This document shows positions 1-8,483 of a stretch of 64,000 nucleotides of DNA, piece after piece; position 1 is the first letter of the stretch, and the number at the start of each line of letters is the position of its first letter. The position numbers and the translations under genes were made by a program. Source of the DNA: Candidatus Vogelbacteria bacterium (GTDB taxonomy: Bacteria; Patescibacteriota; Minisyncoccia; Phycocordibacterales; XYD1-FULL-46-19); NCBI GenBank assembly GCA_903864935.1, contig CAIPHT010000005.1, forward strand, positions 9,867 to 73,866, in the 5' to 3' direction. The notes beneath the pieces were generated by a model. The model was not told the DNA's origin. It was given only the letters and a program-made list of their open reading frames with translations, and ran no database searches.

Positions 1-566
1 ACAGATGATCCTGAGATATCTATCGAGGGATAGCATCGGTGCCCTGGAGGAAAGAAATGCTCTTCTTTAGCAGGTGCCGCTAGACCAACCAGATAGCCGT
101 ATTCCTTGAGAAATCCCTTTCCTTTCCTTGCCCTGGAACATACTTCCGCATGGAAGCTGTGCAAAAGCTCGTCGGATTTCCTTATCGCCGAAGCAAAAGA
201 GAGAACGTCTTGCCGGTTGGCATGACGACTAGACTTCTCGATTACTCCTCTGTCTCTTGCTATCTCCACAAGGCTGAGCGCAGAGAGGTCGTCGATCAGG
301 CATGTTCGGAAGCGAATAATCTGGAATCTCCGCCTGGTCGGCCTCACTTTCTTCATCAGGCTCTCTCTGGCATTGTTTTTGGAGCCAATCGTGGAAAAGA
401 AAATCCACAAAGTCAGCAACCAGATGTAAGCCTTTGACCCCTTTGGCGGGCAATCGAGATCAATCACACTTGATACCGCAGCCTCGTCGGCCATTTTTTC
501 TGCCCAAGTCCGGCGGTCTTTCTTGGGCGGGGCGACAGTCTTTTCTTGGACTTTCTTCATTGTCAT
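1..566 (-). CDS. hypothetical protein, runs off the left edge
   Basis: Manual translation from ATG 566 (MTMKKVQEKTVAPPKKDRRTWAEK...) is open to position 1; AAGGA upstream; not in ORF track because it has no stop. Confidence 0.6.
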   Translation of the reverse strand, partial: MTMKKVQEKTVAPPKKDRRTWAEKMADEAAVSSVIDLDCPPKGSKAYIWLLTLWIFFSTIGSKNNARESLMKKVRPTRRRFQIIRFRTCLIDDLSALSLVEIARDRGVIEKSSRHANRQDVLSFASAIRKSDELLHSFHAEVCSRARKGKGFLKEYGYLVGLAAPAKEEHFFPPGHRCYPSIDISGSS

Positions 567-758
567 ATTCCTTTCTTTGCTTACCCCAAGAGGGGAGCGG
601 TTTTCAATGTTTCTGGTCGAATTATGTAACGGCAAATCAAATATGTAAAGTAGCTTCGTCAGAATTGACGAAAAGATGTTAAAGGTGGTAAAATATGTGT
701 GTAAAACAAGGTTAGATTTATCAATAAATGACTAAAGTTATTTCGTCACTTTTATAAA

Positions 759-1502
759 ATGAGCTTCGATCGATTATTAAAACAACTCGGTTTCTCACAA
801 AATGAGACAAAGGTTTATCTGGCTGGCCTAGAGTGTGGGCTGAGTTCAGCTCAAAATATTGCCGAGAAGGCGGGCCTTGAACGCACCACAACCTACTCGG
901 TCCTTGGGCAATTGGTTAAGAGGGGAGTTGTGGCTAAGACTAAAGATAAGGGGAAGAGCCGTTTCTTAGCGGAATCACCCAGTAAATTGATGTCTTTACT
1001 TAATGAGCTTAAAGAGAATTTGAGTAAGACCTTGCCTGAGTTAGAGGCTATTTATAATAAGAGCCAAATTAAACCCAAAATTATTTTCTATGAAGGGGAT
1101 CGGGCGATTCAGAAAGTTTATGACGATACTTTAGCGGAGAAGCCTGAAGAGATTTTGGAATGGAACACTAATGCCTTCTTTGACAATGCTAAAGTAGATC
1201 GAGACTACATTAAGAAGCGGGTGGGCCTTGGCATCTATGCCAGGCGTCTGGCTGGTGAGGGCTCAATCTGGGCCAAGAAGAATAAACTAAAAGACGAACA
1301 GGAGCTGGCCGAGACACTAATTGTGCCTAAAAACATTTTCTGGCCGGGGATTGAAGTTAATATTTACAACAATAAAGTGGCTTTTCTTAACTATGAAGAA
1401 AATATGTCGGTAATTATTGAGAGTAAGGCAATTGCCGATGCGATGAAACAAGTTTATCGCTTGTCCTGGCTTGGGGCGCGAACCGTAGAGGCTAAAAAAT
1501 AA
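759..1502 (+). CDS. TrmB-family transcriptional regulator
   Basis: N-terminal HTH LGFSQNETKVYLA...ERTTTYSVL; C-terminal YEG...IYNNKV domain. Confidence 0.85.
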   Translation: MSFDRLLKQLGFSQNETKVYLAGLECGLSSAQNIAEKAGLERTTTYSVLGQLVKRGVVAKTKDKGKSRFLAESPSKLMSLLNELKENLSKTLPELEAIYNKSQIKPKIIFYEGDRAIQKVYDDTLAEKPEEILEWNTNAFFDNAKVDRDYIKKRVGLGIYARRLAGEGSIWAKKNKLKDEQELAETLIVPKNIFWPGIEVNIYNNKVAFLNYEENMSVIIESKAIADAMKQVYRLSWLGARTVEAKK

Positions 1503-1602
1503 GGGCCGAATTAAGTCTTGGCGAAGCAGGGGATTATGTGCTAAGATATTCTTGCTGAAACAGGTTGAAAAACGCTTTTTCAGATTCAAGTTCAATTTCT
1601 AA

Positions 1603-1674
1603 CGGGGTGTAGTGCAACGGCTAGCACGAGTCCTTTGGGAGGATTTAATCCGAGTTCGAATCTCGGCACCCCGA
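1603..1674 (+). tRNA. tRNA-Pro(TGG)
   Basis: Acceptor CGGGGTG/CACCCCG, anticodon loop TTTGGGA, T-loop TTCGAAT; no encoded CCA. Confidence 0.93.
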
Positions 1675-1977
1675 CACAAAAGAAAAAACAGGATTTATTT
1701 CCTGTTTTTTCTTTTGTGTCGCGAGATTCGAACTGAAGAGGGGGTCGGGGAGAGGGTAGGGTTTCTCTTGACTTCTAAACCAATATTTGCTATAATTTAA
1801 GTATCGATTAACTGTTCTAAGAAGTCTGACTTAACACTCATATATTCTCAAGGGCTGTTTCGAAAAATGCGTTACAGCCCTTTTCTGTATTCGCGAACCC
1901 TGCTAAGCCTAAAGCTAGACAGGATTGTGATTATTCGTAATGTATCCCAAAAAAACGGGGTATTTAGATAAATAATA

Positions 1978-3252
1978 ATGTATAACTTTAATAACAATAA
2001 GCGTTTTGGTGCTAAGAAACCCCTCTCAAGCAGGGGAGCTCCTTCGCGTCTCGGCTCTCGCGTGATGGGCCGTTCTTCGAGTGCCTCACGACCTTCTCGT
2101 TTCTCTAGTTCCTCGCGCCCTACTTTTAAGAAAAAGATGCGTGGTGAGTATATTGATATCGCCCGCTTCGTTAAGAAAGCGGTGGTTGGTGTTGTCTCCG
2201 AACCGGTAGTCATCGAGCACGTTTTTGCCGACTTCGGCTTCACTCCTCAATTGCAGAAGAATCTTGAAACAAGAAATTATCTTAATCCGACCCCGATTCA
2301 GGATCAGTCTATTAAGCATACTATGGCCGGCAAGGATATGATTGGTCTCGCTAATACTGGTACCGGTAAGACCGCGGCCTTTCTTCTCCCGATGATTAAC
2401 AAATGTTTCCTTGATAAGCAACAGGGTGTCTTGATTGTGGCTCCAACTCGTGAGCTCGCCATCCAGATTGACGATGAATTTAAGAAATTTACCGGTGGTT
2501 TAGGCCTCTTCTCAGCAGTATGCGTTGGTGGTGCACCTATCTATAGACAAATTGCTGACCTTCGTCGTAATCCAAACTTCGTTATTGGTACCCCAGGGCG
2601 CCTTAAGGATCTTAAGGATAGGGGAGTGATCCACTTTGCTGATTATCAAAATATCGTCTTGGATGAGATCGACCGCATGCTCGACATGGGCTTCGTGGAG
2701 GAAATTCGTCGTATCTTGGCGGAGATGCCTAAAGAGCGACAATCCCTCTTCTTCTCCGCTACCCTGCCTCCTAAGATTAGAGAATTATCCCAAGCCTTCT
2801 TGACCGACCCCGTGGTTGTCAAAGTGACAACGGGCGAGACTTCGGAGAATGTTGATCAAGATATTGTTAAGCATAATAAAGAAAATAAATTTGAGAAATT
2901 GCGTGACTTGCTCGGGACTAAGGCTCTTGGCAAAGTCCTTATCTTCTCCGAGACCAAGAGGGAGGTGGATCGCTTGGCGGTGAGCCTCTCTAAAGAAGGC
3001 TTTAAGGCTGACTCTATCCATGGTGATAAGCATCAGAGCCAGCGTGAGAAAGCTCTTCGTCGCTTCAAAGAAGATCATGTGAATATCCTTGTGGCGACTG
3101 ATGTTGCCGCTCGTGGCCTAGATATCAAGAACATCACTCACGTGATCAACTATTCCTTACCTCAAACTTATACTGATTATGTCCACCGCATTGGCCGTAC
3201 TGGTCGTGGTGACACTAAGGGCTGTGCCTTGACCTTTGTTGAGGTGAATTAA
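1978..3252 (+). CDS. DEAD/DEAH-box RNA helicase
   Basis: Q-motif PTPIQ, TGTGKT, PTRELA, TPGRL, DEID, SAT, HRIGRTGR. Confidence 0.95.
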   Translation: MYNFNNNKRFGAKKPLSSRGAPSRLGSRVMGRSSSASRPSRFSSSSRPTFKKKMRGEYIDIARFVKKAVVGVVSEPVVIEHVFADFGFTPQLQKNLETRNYLNPTPIQDQSIKHTMAGKDMIGLANTGTGKTAAFLLPMINKCFLDKQQGVLIVAPTRELAIQIDDEFKKFTGGLGLFSAVCVGGAPIYRQIADLRRNPNFVIGTPGRLKDLKDRGVIHFADYQNIVLDEIDRMLDMGFVEEIRRILAEMPKERQSLFFSATLPPKIRELSQAFLTDPVVVKVTTGETSENVDQDIVKHNKENKFEKLRDLLGTKALGKVLIFSETKREVDRLAVSLSKEGFKADSIHGDKHQSQREKALRRFKEDHVNILVATDVAARGLDIKNITHVINYSLPQTYTDYVHRIGRTGRGDTKGCALTFVEVN

Positions 3253-3273
3253 AAAAAAGATTATACTCTTGGT

Positions 3274-3978
3274 GTGCCTCAGGAAGGTAAGCCATTTTTA
3301 AGCGATAATATTCATCTTGCTAATTTTGCCGAGGGTAAGGGCGATTTTGTTACCGTTAAGGAATTAAAGAATAAAATTGCTGATCCAAGTTTGGGTGGTG
3401 AAGGGAAGTTTGTTTTAAAAGAATATAATAAGGATCCTGTTAGCGACCTTTTTGCCCAGAAAAATCTTACGTTAGAAAAAATGGCCTCTTTATTAAAAAG
3501 ACGGCAAGAATTTACCCGGGCTTACTATAAGGAACTTCCTGAGTTGGTCGTGGAAAGCCAGTTTTTGATTGCTGAAGGAGAAAATGGTCAACCGACAATC
3601 TATGAATTTCAGGAGAAATTAAATAATTTCCACGAAACTAGTTCCGAGGGGATTGATAATATTGTAAAAAGTTTGGATCACGAGCAAAAAGAGGTTTTGA
3701 TAAAAGAGCTTAGGTATTTTGTAGAGAGGACAAACGATTTTATTGAACAAAAGAATTTGCCTGAAGGTTTTGAAGAATACGAATCTTTTTTTCCTGATCT
3801 CGGTGAACAAAATTTAGTTGTCACCGCTGATGGTCATTTAAGGGTTATTGATACTAACATGTACCATAATCTTTGGGAACAGGACGGTACTTTTGAATCA
3901 AGCGAGCAACTTCTTTTTGGTTTGCGCATGATGACAAGGGAATTGGTTTTATCTATCAAAAAATCCCAAAAAGACTAG
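3274..3978 (+). CDS. hypothetical protein, possible protein-kinase-like fold
   Basis: FVLKEY, PDLGEQN (DxxxxN) and VIDTN in kinase motif order. Confidence 0.5.
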   Translation: MPQEGKPFLSDNIHLANFAEGKGDFVTVKELKNKIADPSLGGEGKFVLKEYNKDPVSDLFAQKNLTLEKMASLLKRRQEFTRAYYKELPELVVESQFLIAEGENGQPTIYEFQEKLNNFHETSSEGIDNIVKSLDHEQKEVLIKELRYFVERTNDFIEQKNLPEGFEEYESFFPDLGEQNLVVTADGHLRVIDTNMYHNLWEQDGTFESSEQLLFGLRMMTRELVLSIKKSQKD

Positions 3979-4008
3979 ACGTTTTTGTCCCCGGTCTTTT
4001 TTTATGTC

Positions 4009-4036
4009 TTGACATTGTGCGTACATTGTATATACT
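4009..4036 (+). promoter_or_regulatory. sigma70-type promoter of the dinJ-yafQ-like operon
   Basis: TTGACA-16 nt-TATACT with ACATTGT repeated twice (possible operator). Confidence 0.65.
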
Positions 4037-4045
4037 TAAGACATT

Positions 4046-4294
4046 ATGACGACTCTAAATATAAGGATTGAGGAGAAAGCTAAAGCTGATGCCAATAAGA
4101 CCCTGGCTCGTCTTGGCCTTGATATGTCGAGTGCCGTGAAGCTTTTTCTCTATCAAGTGGTAAAGGAGGATGGCTTACCTTTCTTGCCGACCAACAATCT
4201 CTCTACTATCAAAGCGCGTTTTGATGCCCAGGTGTCTGAGGCAAAGAAAAGCCGTGGGTTTAAAACTGCTAAACAAGCTCTTAAGGGACTATAG
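4046..4294 (+). CDS. RelB/DinJ-family antitoxin
   Basis: LNIRIEEKAK...LGLDMSSAVKLFLYQVVKEDGLPF signature. Confidence 0.88.
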   Translation: MTTLNIRIEEKAKADANKTLARLGLDMSSAVKLFLYQVVKEDGLPFLPTNNLSTIKARFDAQVSEAKKSRGFKTAKQALKGL

Positions 4295-4300
4295 TTAATT

Positions 4301-4588
4301 ATGACTTTTCTCATTAAACGAACTAAGGATTTTGAGAAGTCTTTCAAAAAAATTAGCCGTTCTGGTTTGAATTTAAAAACAAGAGAGAAATTAGAATTTA
4401 TTATTGATGCTATTGCTTGCGAGAGAAGATTAGACATAAAGTAAAAGAATCATAGATTAAAAGGGGAATTAAAAGATTACTACGAATGTCATGTTGTCCC
4501 AGATCTTTTGCTTATTTACAAAATAGAAGAGGAAGTAAATTTCTTGATTTTGGTGGATATAGGAAGCCATAATCAATTGTTTGGGTAG
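4301..4588 (+). pseudogene. YafQ/RelE-family toxin with internal TAA
   Basis: MTFLIKRTKDFEKSFKK...LDIK*KNHRLKGELKDYYECHVVPDLLLIY...IGSHNQLFG; in-frame TAA at 4442-4444. Confidence 0.85.
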
Positions 4589-4635
4589 CCTTTTGTCCCA
4601 GGTCTTTTTTTGTGTTAAGTTGTATTTGTTAATTT

Positions 4636-4825
4636 CGGAGTGTAGTGTAACGGTAACATCCACGACGCGCCCCCACACCTTTTTAACGGGGCATAGTGTA
4701 ACGGTAACATCCACGATTCGGGTTCGTGGGACTCTGGGTTCGAGTCCCAGTGCCCCGACAGGAACGTAAAAAAGGTGTGGGGGTGAAGGTTCGTGGGACT
4801 CAGGGTTCGAATCCCTGCACTCCGA
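4636..4825 (+). tRNA. outer tRNA-Pro-like gene interrupted in its anticodon loop by a ~118-nt insert
   Basis: 5' half 4636-4665 and 3' half 4788-4825; perfect acceptor CGGAGTG/CACTCCG, anticodon stem CACGA/TCGTG, T-arm CAGGG-TTCGAAT-CCCTG; anticodon cannot be read. Confidence 0.7.
4687..4758 (+). tRNA. tRNA-Pro(CGG), nested inside the outer tRNA
   Basis: Acceptor CGGGGCA/TGCCCCG, loop TTCGGGT, T-arm CTGGG-TTCGAGT-CCCAG. Confidence 0.92.
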
Positions 4826-4840
4826 CAAAGCGAAGCATTT

Positions 4841-5016
4841 GGCGGAGTGAGCGAGCCAACTGCTTGGCTTGCGTCTGGGATTCGAACAGCGGAGTGATAT
4901 TTTTTCAGCAGAAAAAATTAGCGAGCTGGTGCCTAGACAAAGTTTTGCGACGGCAAAACTTTAGTCGAAGGAGAATCCCTGCACCGTAGTAGTGATATTT
5001 CCTGCACTCCGACAAA
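4841..5016 (+). repeat. tRNA-associated structured element, copy 1
   Basis: Homologous to 9201-9356 (minus); contains antisense and direct copies of the tRNA 3' end. Confidence 0.8.
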
Positions 5017-5091
5017 TTTCTTTACTTTTTCTCTCTTGTCGTTGATAATTGGGTGGGTTTTTGGGTCTCTATCAACAACAGGAGTTTTCTT

Positions 5092-5541
5092 ATGAATAAC
5101 ACGTCCGTTGCTATTGCGAGCGTTCAGCTTCAACGCTGGGCAACCATCCGTCTCAACCATTGCCGGTTGGAGACGGAATGGAGAGCGAGGTTTCGTTTTT
5201 CTCCCACAAGGAGAAACCTCTCTGCCCTTCCTTCGCTTACCCTTGGGGAGTATGTTATCGGTCTTGATCTCGAGGGAGGGAATTTTGACATCAGTTCAAG
5301 ACTCCCTCTTGAAGATTTTTCTCACGGGGTGGCAATCTATCTCTCGTCTCCTGATTGGGGAGAGGGCGAGGTGGATTCTGGGGCTGGGGTCTCGGGACGT
5401 TTCTTCCAAAGGTTCTATTCTTCTGAGGAAGAGAACCAGGGGCTCTCGGTCGGGGTGTTCCTTGATTTTCCTTCCCGACGAATTTGCCACTTTTTCTTCC
5501 GAGGAGAAAATGGGGGGATGGTGAGAAAAACTTTCAAGTAG
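5092..5541 (+). CDS. hypothetical protein
   Basis: ORF with AGGAG before ATG 5092; followed by a terminator hairpin. Confidence 0.55.
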   Translation: MNNTSVAIASVQLQRWATIRLNHCRLETEWRARFRFSPTRRNLSALPSLTLGEYVIGLDLEGGNFDISSRLPLEDFSHGVAIYLSSPDWGEGEVDSGAGVSGRFFQRFYSSEEENQGLSVGVFLDFPSRRICHFFFRGENGGMVRKTFK

Positions 5542-5545
5542 GGTT

Positions 5546-5588
5546 AAGCCCCGTCGGCACATTGCGTGCTGGCGGGGCTTTCTTTTTC
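5546..5588. terminator. intrinsic terminator between convergent orphan genes
   Basis: AAGCCCCGTCGGCAC/GTGCTGGCGGGGCTT stem plus T-run. Confidence 0.75.
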
Positions 5589-5599
5589 TAAACTGTTTT

Positions 5600-5926
5600 T
5601 TACTCTCTTAGAACGAGAGTCTCTTGATATTCCAAGAAGTGTTTCCAACACTCCTCAGCCGATGGTTCGTATCCGAGCTTTAGTCCGGCGTAGTAGCGGT
5701 TGAGTTCCTCTTGGCCTTGTTCGTAGGCGACCCTGAACATGGCGGCGTAACCCATGCTGATGTACCAGAAGACAACTTCGTTGTTCGTCAGTTTTCTGTC
5801 TCCCATCTCTTCGGCGAGTTTGCGATAGCGCATGGCGTCAACGTATTGGGTAATGTCCCGCTCTACCCTTTTCATTCGCTCTTCTTCGGTGAGCTCAGGA
5901 ACACCTTCGACATTTGGGTCTATCAT
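5600..5926 (-). CDS. hypothetical protein
   Basis: 108-aa ORF with AAAGGAG RBS. Confidence 0.65.
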   Translation of the reverse strand: MIDPNVEGVPELTEEERMKRVERDITQYVDAMRYRKLAEEMGDRKLTNNEVVFWYISMGYAAMFRVAYEQGQEELNRYYAGLKLGYEPSAEECWKHFLEYQETLVLRE

Positions 5927-6066
5927 TTCGGCACTCCTTTCTTGGTTATGACTGATGAGACCAAAAATCTGCCCTTAGTCTAACACCAACCTTTAATTTA
6001 ACAAGCATCAAAAAACTCACCATCAATTGGCGAGTTTTTTGATTTACGAAAATTAATATCTTCTAA

Positions 6067-6321
6067 TTATTTCTTGCCCCACTTCTTCTTGTAAGCATAG
6101 AAGTAGTAGAGGATGTCCAAGATGCCCAAGGTGTTAACCAAGAGAAGCACCACGAACCAAACCTTAGCGCCACTACGAGCAGCGCGCCACATGGCCAAAC
6201 CTTTCCAAAGAAGGTTCCAGGCAATGAGGACAATTAATAAAGTGGTTAGACCAGCGGTGCTGGCGATAACCGTACCCCATGTTGATGGAGGTAACGTACC
6301 CAATTTATAAATGCTTTCCAT
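6067..6321 (-). CDS. small membrane protein (DUF5652-like)
   Basis: LWKGLAMWRAAR...WFVVLLLVNTLGILDILY. Confidence 0.75.
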   Translation of the reverse strand: MESIYKLGTLPPSTWGTVIASTAGLTTLLIVLIAWNLLWKGLAMWRAARSGAKVWFVVLLLVNTLGILDILYYFYAYKKKWGKK

Positions 6322-6386
6322 GTTTTGAATTATACCATATGGTTCAGAAATTTGACGAGACTTTTATCCACATCTATCATTAACTC

Positions 6387-7259
6387 ATGTTAACGCAAAT
6401 CCAAAAAGAATTAAGAAAAGTGGCCGACAAAGACAAGGCAAAAATTTTGGCGCGGTTTTTCAAAACTGGGAAAGGCGAGTATGGTGAGGGTGATAAATTC
6501 TTAGGGGTGGTGGTGCCGGAGCAAAGACGGATTGCAAAAGAATATTTGCGAGACGAGAACGTTGTGAGAAGTCGTTTTTCAAGTGAGCCCGAAATGCGAC
6601 TTCGCACAATGTTCGCTGACCTTCAAAATCTTTTGCGAAGCGAGTATCACGAAGACAGGTTAACCGCCCTTTTGGTTTTAGTGGAGCTGTATCGACTTAC
6701 TCAAAAAAATGACCCTACTTCGCCGAGGCTTCGCAGGGTTAATTCGCGCAAGATTTTTTTGTTTTACATAAAAAATCTTGCGCGAACTTGCCCCGTGAGA
6801 GCGAAGCGATTTTACGGGGTTAACAATTGGGACTTAGTAGATTTAAGTGCCCCTAATATTGTCGGCGATTATCTGTTTACCCTGAGTGAAGTCGAAGGGT
6901 TGAATAATTTTTCTAAAATTCAAATAAAAACATTTTTGCTTAAATTAGCTAAGTCAAAAAATCTTTGGTCGCGTCGGGTGGCGGTGCTTGCCACCTTCCC
7001 CTTTATCAAAAATAAAAAGTTCGAAGAAATTTTAGAGTTGACCAAGTTCTTACTTTTCGAACAAAAAGAAAATCATGACCTAATGCACAAGGCTCTTGGT
7101 TGGGCGCTCCGCGAAGTGGGGAAGAGGGAGTTGGGAGTTTTGAGGAACTTCCTTGATCACTATGCGGGAGTCTTGCCTCGGACCACTCTTCGTTACTCAA
7201 TTGAGAGATTGCCTCAAAAGGAGAGGCTCGAGTATCTAGCTAGGCCCAAAATCGCTTGA
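6387..7259 (+). CDS. DNA alkylation repair protein (AlkD-like) carrying four palindromic in-frame inserts
   Basis: FFKTGKGEYGEGDKFLGV, NNWDLVD, WSRRVA, HKALGWALRE, RTTLRYSIE. Confidence 0.9.
   Translation: MLTQIQKELRKVADKDKAKILARFFKTGKGEYGEGDKFLGVVVPEQRRIAKEYLRDENVVRSRFSSEPEMRLRTMFADLQNLLRSEYHEDRLTALLVLVELYRLTQKNDPTSPRLRRVNSRKIFLFYIKNLARTCPVRAKRFYGVNNWDLVDLSAPNIVGDYLFTLSEVEGLNNFSKIQIKTFLLKLAKSKNLWSRRVAVLATFPFIKNKKFEEILELTKFLLFEQKENHDLMHKALGWALREVGKRELGVLRNFLDHYAGVLPRTTLRYSIERLPQKERLEYLARPKIA
6557..6614 (+). repeat. 58-nt palindromic element (loop AAGTGAGCCC) inside CDS
   Basis: 46-nt core identical to 45452-45497 in comEC; encodes VRSRFSSEPEMRLRT in both. Confidence 0.9.
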
Positions 7260-7338
7260 GATATAAGGGTTACACGGTTATGGTCGTTCTGCGTCACAAC
7301 TTCTTGGCGAAGATTATTAAAAGAGTATAATTATCTAT

Positions 7339-8241
7339 ATGAAAAAATTAATTAATCTTAAGAAACTTCTTCGACAATCTCGAGCGGTTTATCGAGCGAA
7401 GTTTCCTGTTCTCTTTGGGCTCCTTGTTTTGCCCTTCACCCTCTTTATTATTAGTCCGCTCTTGGTTCAAAGTTTTGATTTTCTTTATCTGCCACTCTCG
7501 CTCTTGCTCACAATCCTGGGCCTCTTCTTGTTGCTCTGGGGTGGGACAGCGGCCATTATTGTTATTCGCGACCGTGATGAGAATCTCTCAATCAGAGAAG
7601 CACTTGAGCGAAGTAAGGGAAAAATTTGGCCCCTTCTCTGGGTCTCAATTATTGTTGGCTTCATTGTTGTCGGGGCTTCAATTTTATTTTTAATCCCTGG
7701 TTTAATTTTGGCCGTCTATTTTATCTTTGCCAAAATTATTGTCGTGGCTGAAGATGAGACTGGTCTCGTCGCTTTGGCCAAGAGCCGTGAATATGTTCGA
7801 GATTATTTCTGGCCAGTTCTTGGACGTTACTTGGTGATTGTTATTCTTACTACAATTGTTGTTGCTATTTTTGCTGGCATTATCTCAGCCCTCAGCCAAG
7901 CCCTTATCTCTGTCTGGGGGCGAGCGGTGAGCGAGGCATTAGTGATTATCTTGCAAGCCTTAGTAAATGCAATTATTTTTCCTTTTGTTTTGTCGGCAAC
8001 TTATTTGCTTTATGAGAATGTGAGAGAAGTTAAGGGTGAGGTGTCTGTTGAAGAAAAAAATAATCAAGCGTGGATTTATCTTGGCGTGGGTTTGGCCGGT
8101 TGGATTTTCTTAGCGGTCTTAATTGTTTTGGCGATTGTCATTCTCACGACCGCTATTGGTGGTTATGTTCTTGGTGCCTTTGCTTCGAATATTTTTAATA
8201 GCCAAGCGTTAATTAAAGCGACGAGTACTCTCGCACAATAA
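7339..8241 (+). CDS. multi-pass membrane protein
   Basis: Several hydrophobic helices; ALAKSREYVRDYFWPVLGRY motif. Confidence 0.75.
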   Translation: MKKLINLKKLLRQSRAVYRAKFPVLFGLLVLPFTLFIISPLLVQSFDFLYLPLSLLLTILGLFLLLWGGTAAIIVIRDRDENLSIREALERSKGKIWPLLWVSIIVGFIVVGASILFLIPGLILAVYFIFAKIIVVAEDETGLVALAKSREYVRDYFWPVLGRYLVIVILTTIVVAIFAGIISALSQALISVWGRAVSEALVIILQALVNAIIFPFVLSATYLLYENVREVKGEVSVEEKNNQAWIYLGVGLAGWIFLAVLIVLAIVILTTAIGGYVLGAFASNIFNSQALIKATSTLAQ

Positions 8242-8245
8242 AATT

Positions 8246-8464
8246 ATGTCTTACGGCTTCCTCATTATTTTTCTCGCCTGGCTCTGGCAATGGTATAAGT
8301 TTGGTCAAGGTCATCGCTCGATGGATCCATGGTTTCTTCGCCTCTTTGCGCTTGGGATGTTGGTCTTAGTTCTCGACACTTTCAGAATTTCTAATTGGCT
8401 CACTTGGGCCAATGTCGCCACTCTTGTCATCACTATTTTCTTCATCTGGAAATTCAGACGATAA
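8246..8464 (+). CDS. small membrane protein
   Basis: 72 aa, three hydrophobic segments, 4 bp after the previous gene. Confidence 0.6.
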   Translation: MSYGFLIIFLAWLWQWYKFGQGHRSMDPWFLRLFALGMLVLVLDTFRISNWLTWANVATLVITIFFIWKFRR

Positions 8465-8483
8465 AATCCTACCAATCTTTATC

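Noticed and set aside
4442-4444. Stop-codon reassignment
   Set aside because: The codon is TAA, which ends many core genes here; TGA and TAG also act as stops and long ORFs are intact under code 11.
4666-4787. Group I or group II intron in the outer tRNA
   Set aside because: The insert is about 120 nt and fully accounted for by an inverted repeat plus a tRNA; no catalytic core is visible.
4469-4989. ORFs over the tRNA cluster and similar ones at 9145-9451 and 1612-1800
   Set aside because: They are translations of tRNAs and repeat elements.
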